Assembly (NCBI RefSeq): GCF_006345805.1
Contig: NC_043008.1
Coordinates: 23,622,001-23,686,000, forward strand
Direction: 5' to 3'
Length of the DNA stretch: 64,000 nucleotides
DNA from: Octopus sinensis
Taxonomy: Eukaryota
The first letter of the stretch is position 1. Every line of letters starts with the position of its first letter. A program made the position numbers and the translations under genes. The notes below the pieces were generated by a model. The model saw only the letters and a list, made by a program, of their open reading frames with translations, was not told where the DNA came from and searched no databases. Shown here piece after piece: positions 25,070-36,625 of the stretch.

Positions 25070-25797
25070 GCTATTACACTTGGAAAAGTTTAGGACAACT
25101 TATTACATCTGGTAAAGTACAGAACAAGAAAATTTTTACTTAAAATATTACAGTTAAGGATAAATTTTGAAAATTAAAATTTATTTGATTTTAATTTGCA
25201 AAATAACATTATAATTAAAAACGGTACCATCATTTTGTTAAAATATTAGCACACTAGAATACTTAAAAAATGAAGGCCAGAAGCACCAATATAGCTAATG
25301 TTTTATGCGAAGTAGAATAGTATATATGGTAGGCAAATTCATCATGTAAAAAACAGGCATTGGGTCAAGACTAAAAATGTGAAGATTTGGCTATAACTTT
25401 ACTGTGAATTTGTTGTTATAGGTAGATGTTACTGTAATATACAACTAATTTTCGTATTATTCTATTTATTGTACTAACTAATTATGTACAACTATTACTT
25501 TTCATAACTTATTTTCAAATTTCTAATTATTAATTAATAATTAAAAAAATGAATTTTTTCTAGTGTCAAAAACATTTTGAGTTATTTTAAAATTTTTTAA
25601 TAGAAGTAACAAGTAATAACAAATAGAAGTAATAACTTGTAATAAACTTTTTAGTTTTAATTAAAGCTAATATTTTCTAAGTCTAAATATTTTATTTGAA
25701 ATTTAATCTTTAGCTGGAATATTTAAAGTAAAAGATTTCTTGGTCTGTACTTTACCAGATATAATAAGTTGTCCTGAACTTTTCGAAGTTTAATAAC
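25070..25797. mobile_element. MITE/foldback element with about 120-bp imperfect TIRs
   Basis: 25083-25131 is the near-exact reverse complement of 25736-25784, and similarity extends inward to about 25190/25680. The interior is AT-rich and non-coding. Confidence 0.7.
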
Positions 25798-26323
25798 TTT
25801 ATTTCAATTTTTATTACACTCACTATCAAGTTCCAACTTATTTAATATTCTACCATTTCCGGGTATTTCATTATTTTGATTCTGGATATAGTTAATTCTG
25901 TCCTGACACCCAGCTTCAAAATAATGCGTGGTTATTGTGATTTTCATTTTGTGCAAGTACATTCTCATTAGCCGTAATCCCCCAAAAAACAAGTAGATAC
26001 ATCTCCATGATAAAACCCACGATGCTTACATGACGGCTACAACTCCCACTCACATACCTTAAGCATTCATTTGGTTTGTGATACAAGCGGTATAGTTCAG
26101 TACTTAAATCCAGAGTAACATCAAGGAAGTTAACCTTAGCATAATCGTAGCATAATCATATATAAAACCTCGCGGGCATTGTCTGGAGATTGCGATATCG
26201 CATGAAACTAATAGTACCACATAAATATTTTTTGTTTTTATTAAATAATAGTATCTCTCACCAGATGGAGTGCCTTCTTCATTGATCACGGAGCAGTACA
26301 CTATATATGTATTTATATATATG

Positions 26324-26358
<35 letters not shown>

Positions 26359-26479
26359 ATTTATAAATGGAGTTAAACTCACATGTTTTTACTTCCGACG
26401 TATGTTTCGAAGAAAACAATGATAAAGAAGAAATCGAGGACGACCGGGATCGGGGCCAAGCTGCAGTGACTTACTACGG

Positions 26480-28600
26480 TATGTAACGTTACATACCACG
26501 GTACGTAACGGGGCGCCTTTACAGCCAACCTGCTTGGTTTGTCCTGTTGTGTCTAATAGCAGCACAAAACACACAATTTGCCGGCGAATGCCGAACTGAC
26601 GCAGAGGGTATGTGACCAGGGCAGCTGCTAGACGATGCAACAGATACTGTTCTAAATATACCAAAAGAAGGAAGGTAAGGCAAGGCTTAGTCAACATGCT
26701 AGTTAACCCATATCTGGGACCCTAGCAAGTGCTACTACATCGCGTCAGAGTACACCTGGGAATAATAATAGTTAAGAGGTAGTTCCACACTCCTGAAAGT
26801 TTTGGAATTAATGTATCCAGGTCCAACTACCGCATGCATTTTAAAGTCATACTCAGAAAGGCGACTGCTTCGGTGCGATCATCTAATAGCACCTTACTGA
26901 AAAACTGTGATACTGTACATGTTGGCCGAACATTTTAAAGAACTTCTGAATCGGGTCAATCTCACAGACACCACGGCACTTGAAGAGATTCCAGGTCTTC
27001 CTATCCTGACCGAGCTTGACAACGCTCTGACACTTGAGGAGGTTTAACGGGCCATCAGCGGCCTTAAAAATCAAGAAGTTTTCCGGTGAGATCTACAAGT
27101 ATGGTGAGTCTCATCTCACATTCCATATTCACTATTTGTTTCTCCTCAGTTGGCAAAGGACGACTATACCTAACAGGAGGAAAGACTCCAATATTGTCAC
27201 AATCTGAAATTGCAAGGTAGACCTGCAGAGTGTTTGGCAATAACAGGAGACTCTCTCTTCTTGATAACACAGGCAAGAACCCCTCACGTATCACGTAGGC
27301 CTGAATCCCAGTGTGGATTTCGACGAGAAAGAAGCACTTCTGACTTGATAGTTGTGGCTCGTCTTCTTGAAAAGTGTTATAGACAACTGGGAAATATGTA
27401 TATAGGCGTTTGACAGGTTCAACCGTCTTACGTTGTGGCACCTGCTTCAGAAGTTTTTTTGTCCACTAACGTTTCTCTCGATCGTCCAGAAGCTTCATGA
27501 TGGCATGCAAGCGAGGGTTACAATTTTGCTGTCCAGTTGAGGGTGAAGCAAGTGTGCCGCCTTGTTCTTGTACTGTTTAATATTTATCTGGGGGCTGTAA
27601 CTCTTCTTTCCAAGAGACAGTTTAACGAAGAAGACCGCTATGGTACCGCTATGATAGCAGCATCTTTAACATTCACCGCCTGAAAACCACATAAAAAAAA
27701 TCATCTCCATCACGGTATACGAGATTCAGTTTGCTTAAGATTCAACTCCACCATTCTACATCCATCTCTCTGCAACCTGTGACAAATTCAATGAGCACTG
27801 CCTATTCTCGGCTCAATCTTTATGTGAATCATCAAATTCCCCCTCAGCCTAATCTTATTGATGATGTTACCCTATCTGAGGCGGACTCGTTCTTCTATTT
27901 TGGAAGTACGATCTCTAAAAATGGAATCCTTGACGACGAGATACTCCGTCGGATTAAATTGGTCTCTACATCTTTTGGAAGACTCAACGAACAAGTTTTA
28001 CAGGAGAACATTAAAGCAAGTACAAGATCTCTTTCTATCAAGCTGTCTGTGCATCCATCTCTCTGTATAAGTACGTGTACTTGACTCTATCGGCACCAGA
28101 TCAGACAACTGAAAGCGTTCCATATCAAATCGCTCCAAAGAATCCTCAGTTTCACTTGGAAGGACAAGTTAGCTCATACCGAAATCCTGTTGAGGGCTGC
28201 TATTGCAATGAGGTCTGTTTCCTATGCCGTCTTCTCCTCTGCGTTGGCCATGCGATTTGGATGCCAGGTAGCCGGTTCCCAAAGATGGAACTCTTCAGCG
28301 AGATCGATCCTGGAAGTAGGCGTTCAAAACTCATGGACGTTCAAAACTTCGGTTACATGGTTATCTCAAGCAGTATCCATTTTATGCGGTGTCCATTCCG
28401 ATCGGTTGGATCTCCTGGCTGATAATCGGAAAGCATGGAGGTCTATGTGTGACGTTGGATTAGAGCACTTTCAAACCGAACTCAGAAAACTACACGAAAA
28501 GGGAAGACGCTGCAATACCCCCGCGGGTGTCATTCGGGGTTACTTACAGTGCCTTGAGTGTGCTATCTCGTATGTGCCTTGTCAGCTACATCCGCTCATA
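26480..28600 (+). mobile_element. RTE/BovB-like LINE remnant (probable 5' region, RT, C-terminal finger)
   Basis: WAEHFKELLNR, PESQCGFRRERSTSDL, FFYFGSTIS..LDDEILRRI...FGRL, and a C-terminal C2H2 remnant. Confidence 0.85.
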
Positions 28601-28859
28601 TGAGAAAAAATATGCTGCTGGCGGAGGAGGATGAATGTCTTGGATTGACATTCTCATCACCTTTGATGGGCTGTCAGAAGCAAAAGAAAGCAATGTATAC
28701 ACACACACACACACACGCACACACACGTATGTATGTGTATATATATATATATATGTAGTATATATGTATGTGTATACATGTATATATTTACATATATATA
28801 TATACAGGCCTATTACCCATTTTTTTCTTTTTTAGGAGGGGGTAACTACAAGACACACA

Positions 28860-29370
28860 CCAGGCATTCCATTCATTTACCAGCTCAAAGAAGCGTGCCC
28901 CATCTTTGATCGGGTCAAGTAAAGGATGCAGCCCCCAATATCAGCAGCAGGGCCCGACAGCATATGCCAGTTTACCCCCGCCACATCATGCTGGTTCCGT
29001 ACCCATTTGAGTAACATCAAATGCACTCATCACTCTACAAATACTCTCCAAAATATACTATCATTTATAAACTCTCTTGACTCTCTCACCCCAACACTTC
29101 TAGTCACGAAAGCTTTCCTCAATCCATCTATCCGCACAAACCGAGGTCTGCTTCTGGTTATGCTGTCTACCACGTCTGCCTTCATCACCCTCCTTACCAT
29201 CCGTTTCTCATCCATCCTCATCATATGGCCAAACCACCTCAATATCCGTCTATCCATTTTGGTTGTTGGTTTTTCTCTCATTTCTGCTCGCTTTCGCACC
29301 TCCTCATTCCTCATCCTGTCCATCTGTGTCACATCAACCATACCCCTCAAACATCTCATCTCAAACACAC
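28860..29370 (-). mobile_element. RTE-group LINE 3' end
   Basis: FEMRCLRGMVDVTQMDRMRNEEVR...LRWFGHMMRMDEKRMVRRV...RSRPR. Confidence 0.85.
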
Positions 29371-29784
29371 GCGTATGTATATATGTATGCATAAACACAC
29401 ACATACACACACACACATACACACACACGCATGTGTGTATTATGTGTGCGGGTGTCCGCATTTCTTCTTTTCGTAACAATAATATATCATAACTAACCGA
29501 GACAAAATGTCGCACCATCAACTTGAATTATAGTTTCCTTTCACTTTAACTTTTGAGAAAAGGCTTCACGTTAATGAACATAAAATCATGCATGTAGCAA
29601 AATGTATATAATATGAATTGCCAGCCTTTTTATTTTTAAATTTGAGAATTCAATGAGAAAGGAAAATACAAAATGTGACATTGCCTCTTCTGAAAACTCA
29701 AACCATTCTGCAATACCTATTAGCGCACAAATACGCAATTAGGATTATTAAATATATCTATTACTACTAATTATACATACATAC

Positions 29785-29815
<31 letters not shown>

Positions 29816-29817
29816 CA

Positions 29818-29879
<62 letters not shown>

Positions 29880-29954
29880 CATTGTAGCTGCTTTCTCGTA
29901 TACTAGCAAAGCTATTGCTAGAAAAATCTTTGAAATGAGTCACTGATGATGCAA

Positions 29955-30178
29955 TGTGACGCCCTTGTATGACTCTTAAGCCCAGCCAAAGATTTTCACA
30001 CTCTATTGCATAATGCACAGCTGTACTGCTGGCAGAGAGAACAGATGCCACAGTATGAAGTCTTTTGACATGCCTTTTCAATCTTTGAACTGAAGGACAC
30101 ACTTTCCACATGTTGCACATGTTCTGTTGTGAACAATAGCCTGCTTGACTCAAACATTTCCCCCCACAAGTCATACAC
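29955..30178 (-). pseudogene. Three degenerate C2H2 finger-like units, probably an RTE-type LINE tail
   Basis: CMTCGGKCLSQAG; CNM.KVCPSVQRLKRHVKRLH; CE(frameshift)SLAGLKSHTRASH. Confidence 0.45.
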
Positions 30179-30246
30179 ATAAAAAGTAACATACATACAC
30201 GCACACATACATACATACAAACATATATATATATATAATATATATA

Positions 30247-30343
<97 letters not shown>

Positions 30344-30428
30344 TCATACACACACATACATTGTTGAGAAAACGATGTACAACGGTAGATACACAAAAGG
30401 ACTCATAGTGATTACACTGTCATGCGAA

Positions 30429-30800
30429 TCTATAATATAAATCCCGTTCTGTCTGTGTGGGTATAAAAGATTATAATGGCCATATTTTTCAACTGATTTT
30501 CTCCAAACTGGGAATATACATTACTTATGTTCCATGGATGGTTTCAGACTCTTAAGCGTTTTCACATAATGAATATCGGGCCTCCTGGGGGCAGAAAACT
30601 CGTTCCTGGGTTATGTGGAGAAAGGAGGTAACTCTTTGCGAAGTAAATTTTAGAAATTGATTGTCTCCCAGTGCTCATTAAAGAAAATATTGCTTTTATA
30701 TTAGATTCACGTCTTTGAAAGTTTTAAAAATATTAACTTTTCTAGCGTCAGTGACGTCTATATCTTTCTATCCATCTCTCTCTCTATCTCTGTCTCTCTA

Positions 30801-30869
<69 letters not shown>

Positions 30870-30893
30870 CTTTGTATCTCTCTGTCTATATCT

Positions 30894-30980
<87 letters not shown>

Positions 30981-32437
30981 ATTTGTTTAACTAGCTAGCT
31001 TGCTATCCCTCTCTCCATGTCTCTATATCTCACTCACTATTATTTTCACTGTACGTTTTCAATCGTTATTTGCAAACAGCAACAAATTACTTAGAGAAAG
31101 AAGTTCACAATCAGTGATAAAAGTAATTTCATGCATAAGTTACTAACAGAAGTAGTTTATAAATTTCACTTCAATCCGTACACTTCGTTAAATTTGCCTA
31201 CAAATTTCTTATTTACTTTTGCAATGTTTTATGCTGTTTTGTTGTTGACGGAATTACTGATAAAAGTAAGTTCATAATTTACTGACAGAAGTAACTTCAA
31301 ACATTTCACTTAAATCCGTACACTTAGTTAATTTCCCTATAAAATTCTTATTTACTTTTGCAACGGTTTTGTGTTTTTCTGTTGCTAACGGCTTTTTTCT
31401 GGTCCCTTCGATACTGGCTCTTTGGTTCACTGACAAATTTCGCTTCAACCCGTACAATTCTTTATTTTCCGTACAAAATTCTTATTTACTTTCTGCCCGT
31501 CGTATTAAGAAATATAATTTCCGTTACCCAGTTATTTTCATTGTTTACTATCTTCTGCATCCGTGTCTTTCTGTATACGTATATAACAATGCCTAGAACG
31601 AAAGTGTCAAATTTGTATACAATGTCAAGTTCATCCAAAAGAATGTCTCTGTCCAGGGAAAGAGAGACAGCTGCTGAAAGAGAAGCATATCAAGAAACGA
31701 ATAGACTGTGCACTACAAAAGCCAGAGTATCTCAAAGTGATGAACACAGGTATGCATGGCTGACAAGGAATAGGATCTCCACTGCAGAACGAAGAGCAGT
31801 TGCAACAACTCAGAGAAGCAACTTCTATGAAGCAGCTTTCAATTATGATCTAGCAGTTCATTATGAAGATGACACTAGAGTTTCCATTGGTGCAATGACA
31901 ACTGAGTGCATACATTGTAAAGCAAGGAAGTGGCTATGCTGCAGTGGTGGAATCCCCCAACCTCCAGTGTTGAGGAAACTGTTGTCATCAACTGACCAAG
32001 ATTCCAAGCACTTCCAAAACAAAATTAGACAATACGACGCTGCACTACAGATGACATGATTTAGAGCCAAGATTCATGCAAACTTTTCAGATCCAAGGTC
32101 AGATTGATTTATCGTCGGATTGGCTCCCTACTTCCTCTGTCAAATAAAACACCAAAACTAGCCTTTTATTGTTTATAATCTATACCTGTTTTTTTTTTTT
32201 GGTTACGAAATAAGCTACACAAAGCGTGATTTTGAATTATGTGTATTTACTTTGAGTTGAAAACTTTCTTTTCACATTTCACTTAACGTCTATGTTCCAT
32301 ACTGGCATTGTTTGGAGAGTTATTACCGTAGAAAGTTGGTATTTCAGCTACTAGCAGTTGAGACCTGCATAATCTAGACGGCGTTTTAAAATTTCATTAT
32401 TCTCTTTAATCCGAGCAACGCCGGGTATTTCTGCTAG
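30429..32437 (+). mobile_element. Internally deleted Helitron (2009 bp)
   Basis: A|TCTATAATATAAA 5' end, ccgagcaacgccggg hairpin remnant and CTAG|T 3' end, with a RepHel remnant inside. Confidence 0.88.
31589..32059 (+). pseudogene. Helitron Rep/helicase N-terminal fragment
   Basis: AFNYDLAVHY...VSIGAMTTECIHCKARKW.CCSGG..PPVLRKLL...SKHFQNKIRQYDAALQMT matches the Helitron N-terminal Zn/pre-Rep region. Confidence 0.85.
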
Positions 32438-32559
32438 TATATTTATATATTATGGTATATTTCTATTGTTTTGTTTTTCACATTGTATCTTTATCTATTT
32501 ATTTATTTGTACTCGCACATATACATACACATATGTATACTTGAGATTCTTCATAGCAA

Positions 32560-32790
32560 ATACTTTTATTCTTCTACTTATTTTACCGATCAGACGGTAC
32601 CCATGCTGGATCCCAGCCTTTAAGTGTTTATGAATCATTACTTATTTCCAGATCTAGAAATGATTCTTTCAGAAACCTTTTTTCCGAACCGCTAAGTTAC
32701 GGGAATGCTAAGAAAGAAACACTGAGAACAAGCATAAAGATTTACTCACACTCACACACGAACACGTACGCGCGCAGACAGTACTTATGC
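32560..32790 (-). mobile_element. SINE family A, degenerate 3' fragment
   Basis: ttttattcttctactt tail and ccgaaccgctaagttacggg core. Confidence 0.55.
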
Positions 32791-33346
32791 ACTCAGTTTT
32801 TGTGTAGTTTATGTCTACTAAAAGTCTCTCACAACTTATTAGTTGGCTCGGAAGTACAAAGAAAACAGTTGATGTGGCAGAATGGCGGCTTAGGAGACTT
32901 GTTAACTCAGCATTACCTAAGTCTATACTTGTGCTGTTGTTTATCGTTGGTCGAGGAAACCACCAAATGAATGCCATCCACCAATGACATTCATAGCAAA
33001 TACTTTTATTCTTTTACTTATTTTAGCGGTAAAATAAGTAAAAGTACTATTTCTTGTAGATTGATTTTCTACGTTGAGGAATTTATTTTGATTCATTTGC
33101 GTACAGAAGTGTGTTTATATGTGTGTAGTTGTAGGTACGTTATGTATGCATATGGCAAACAGTAGTGATATGAAAATATAATTTGGTAAGTGTTTGGTAA
33201 TTAATGAAACAAATATTTATCTTAAGCAGGAAATAAAAGACCGACAATAGACATAAATTTAGTTCAAAGGTGCAATTTATTATTTTCCAAACTAAAACAA
33301 AACCAGCCGCGAAATGAGAAAGAAAAAACACACACAGACACACACA

Positions 33347-33432
<86 letters not shown>

Positions 33433-33698
33433 TATATATATATATATAACATATTAGTTATTTATACTTGAAAATATTAAATTGTTTAGGAATTTTGGTT
33501 CATTTAAAATATCTGAATACTTTTTTAAAAATTCAATTGATGTTGAACCGCAGATTATCTTTTTTAACATATTGTTCTCACTTTCCGGTACGGAGTAGTA
33601 ACATTTTGCTGTTCTGCTGGTTCTCAGCTTTTTACATTTTTACTGATGCATTTATTTATTTGTTTTGATTTCTCTAAATCCAGTCTCAGAGTCCATTT

Positions 33699-34358
33699 TT
33701 AGTTTTTGGATGGTCTGTAAAGTTTAAAGGGACGTTTCACGTGACTTCCTATTAATCTTGGGAATCCAGGCGACAATCCTTCATTACCAGAAATACGATC
33801 GAAATTTCTTCGAAAGAGTCTGGATCCAGCTCCATCTCCCATTTTATAGAAACGACTATGACTGATAGCATCAAACTGACGCTTACCCATGCTACCAAAA
33901 TTACTATCTGAGATCGAATCAAATTTTCTTTTACCCATTGTGTTGAACATTCCGTCAGATATAGAGTCGAATGGACGTTTACCCATGCCACCAAATGAGC
34001 TGCTTGCAATGGAGTCAAATTTTCTCTTACCCATTGTATTAAATGAACCACCATCAATCGAATCAAAAGGCCTTTTTCCCATTTGGCTAAATGCTCCCCC
34101 AGAAATGGAATCGAATTTTCGTTTTCCTAATTGTGAAAATGAACTCCCCGATATGGAATCAAAAGGTCGTTTCCCCATTGAACGGAAACCTGTTCCATCG
34201 ATTGAATCAAATCCTCGCTTATCCAAAGATGTAGTTTCTATAAGATCTTCTGGATCAAGTCCTGGATATTCAACGGAGTGAAGAATGTATCGTTTCTTGA
34301 GATCTGGGGCACTTTCCTCGTTTTCCACTGGACGAGATTCTCTTTCACTGGAGAGTAA
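33699..34358 (-). CDS. Terminal coding exon of a multi-copy neuropeptide precursor (pedal-peptide/orcokinin-like, FDSI...M-amide)
   Basis: Stop-free for 219 codons. Acceptor ttttcttttgcag| in phase 0 at 34359-34361. Seven 16-aa units KR-[G/P/K]FDSIxxxxFxx[M/L]G, with variation concentrated in non-motif and synonymous positions. Dibasic cleavage sites and Gly amidation signals. An acidic spacer precedes the repeats. AATAAA-like signals lie at 33651-33660. Confidence 0.92.
   Translation of the reverse strand, partial: LLSSERESRPVENEESAPDLKKRYILHSVEYPGLDPEDLIETTSLDKRGFDSIDGTGFRSMGKRPFDSISGSSFSQLGKRKFDSISGGAFSQMGKRPFDSIDGGSFNTMGKRKFDSIASSSFGGMGKRPFDSISDGMFNTMGKRKFDSISDSNFGSMGKRQFDAISHSRFYKMGDGAGSRLFRRNFDRISGNEGLSPGFPRLIGSHVKRPFKLYRPSKN
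33879..34214 (-). repeat. Seven 48-nt coding repeats (neuropeptide copies)
   Basis: 48-nt periodicity matching the peptide units. Confidence 0.9.
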
Positions 34359-34656
34359 CTGCAAAAGAAAATGTGATACATTTGTCACGTAAAATCTGAG
34401 CATATTAATCTGATATAGATTGGAAAGTTATAATCCATTAGTTTCTGTTTTTTATGTCATGCGATTGTTTATTCCCATTTTCCCATTTTTCTATCTACTT
34501 CAAAGAAAACATATTTTCAATGGTCATTTTCTTATTCGAAGACAATTTTACAAGTTTCGAAGTCGTCATTGTGATATTTGATGTTCACACACTTTGCAAT
34601 GGTTTTAGCGATATGAGAGAATAATACATAAAAATCTAGTTACAACCACAACAATG

Positions 34657-34880
34657 ATAATAATAATATTTTTTTACTCTATGCACGAGGCTTCAAATTT
34701 TGTCGGGAGTGGGTTAACCCGATTACATCATCCGCGGTAGTCAACTGGGACTATTTTATCGACCTCGCAAGGATGAAAAGCAAAGTCGGCCACGGCGGCA
34801 TTTGAACTCAGAAGGAAAAGACGAACGAAATACCACTAAGCATTTTGCCCGGCGTTCTAACGATTCTGTCAGCTCTCCAC
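34657..34880 (-). mobile_element. tRNA-derived SINE, family B
   Basis: Contains atttgaactcag (B-box reversed), gcccggcgttctaacgattctgtcagct (A-box reversed), and a (TAA)n tail. Confidence 0.85.
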
Positions 34881-34881
34881 T

Positions 34882-34918
<37 letters not shown>

Positions 34919-34922
34919 CAAC

Positions 34923-35518
34923 AAGATATACAAGAAGGACATGAAGAAGTACTGCTCCATAAAGGATTACGCCTTTGATTTCATGCAGTCACAACTGAAA
35001 TTACCGGAAAGTATAGATGAGACTAATTAACAAAGTAAACACTGAAAAAAAAAGGCCAAGAGCACAAAACTGGCAGCTTTGACCACAAATTGGTATGAAC
35101 AAGAGTCACCACTCTGTCGAAATGTGGCACGAGCACAAACTACAAGGATTAGTGGAGTCGGAGACCTGCAAAATCTTGTGGGATTTCTCAATCAAAAAGG
35201 ACCAGGAGCTTAAAAACAACAAGCGGGACCTAGTGAAGGTGGGCAAAGTGAACGACATGTACTCTATATTTGCTGTTGCAAGACTTTTTAACACACGAAT
35301 AGTCACGAAGGGAGACAAATAAAGCTTCGAATGTTAAAAATGAAGAAAGTAATGATAGTGTCCGTTGTTGTTAGGTCTTTGTGGAGAAATATAAAGTATG
35401 CTTCCTTGGCACGGCCAGAATCGTCTGCCGAGTATTAGATAGTTGAAAAGAACAGATAGCATGGTATCAAACCCGCTACGCATGCAAGACTCTAGAAGTT
35501 CCTACAACATAGAGTTAA
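34923..35518 (+). mobile_element. R4/Dong-like 3' fragment 1
   Basis: KILWDFSIKKDQELKNNKRDLV (REL region), followed by (TAC)n(TAA)n. Confidence 0.65.
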
Positions 35519-35597
<79 letters not shown>

Positions 35598-35620
35598 ATA
35601 ATAATAATAATAATAATAAT

Positions 35621-36553
35621 ATTAAAGTGACTCAGACAGACTCTATATACTAATAAAAAGAGGTGGAAGAGGACTTATTGGATGGGAACATAGCATTAGA
35701 GCAGAAGAAAATAACATAGAATGGTATGAAAAAATGCCACAGAACCGCTGGCCTGTGTAGGATGAAAGATTGCAAAGATAAAGCACTATACAAGAAATTG
35801 GAATCGAATGAAACTGAAAATAGGTAGGTAAAGAAAAGAACGTATGAATAATTTCATAAGGATATTGAATATAAGACAGGCAGAGAAAAAAGATGGCTGT
35901 GGATGACTAAAAGTGATTTAAAACCGGAAACGGAGGCTCTAATCTATGCAAGCACTAAGAACAAACTACATAAAATACAGAGTAGACAACACAGCAGAAA
36001 GTGATAAGTGGAAAATGGTGAAACCGTATGGCATATTACCAGCCAATGTACGCCACCAGCCCAAAAGGAATATAAGAGACGCCATGACAATATAGCAAGG
36101 CTTGGCTCTTGGACACTTTGAAACAAGTATGGACCTGACAGAACAAAAATTTGGTACGGCCACAAACCCGAAGGCATCATCGAAAATCATAATGCAAAGT
36201 TTGTGTGGGATTTTATGAGCCAGTGCGACCATGAAATAGAGAATAGGAAGCCAGAAAGAAAAGTCGAGAGATATGACAGGTTAGCTTGAGAAGTTAAGCA
36301 GTTGTTGTCAATGAAGAAGGTGGTAGTAGTACCAATAATTGTTGGAGCCCTGGGAACTGAGTAAAAATCTTGAGAAGTACATGGAACAAATAGGGGCAGC
36401 AATAAGGGTGGAGCACTTGCAGAAAACTGCACTGCTTGGAACCGCTCGAATACTGCGGAAGGTACTTGAAAAATAAGAGGTGTTACCTTAGTTCACTGGT
36501 AGTAAACAGCTGACACTGTAGTACATCTCCAGCGTTACAAGCTGTGCAAAGGC
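35621..36553 (+). mobile_element. R4/Dong-like 3' fragment 2
   Basis: GGRGL, LKPETEAL, ETVWHITSQC...YKRRHDNIA, LWDF-like, VVVPIIVGALG; (TAA)n tail. Confidence 0.85.

Positions 36554-36624
<71 letters not shown>

Positions 36625-36625
<1 letters not shown>

Noticed and set aside
31358-31588. Hydrophobic N-terminal extension of the Helitron ORF
   Set aside because: It has a TTG start within T-rich tandem repeats; the plausible ATG is at 31589.
33879-34214. CRISPR-like repeat array
   Set aside because: Eukaryotic context, no repeat-spacer structure, no cas genes. The periodicity is protein-coding.
33889-34281. 130-aa antisense ORF with repeated MESN/IES motifs
   Set aside because: It is the mirror of the 48-nt coding repeats and has no independent features.
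34359-34403. ATG at 34403 as the neuropeptide start (MLRFYVTNVSHFLLQ)
   Set aside because: It is a poor signal peptide and ends in a strong polypyrimidine-CAG acceptor, so it is more likely intron.
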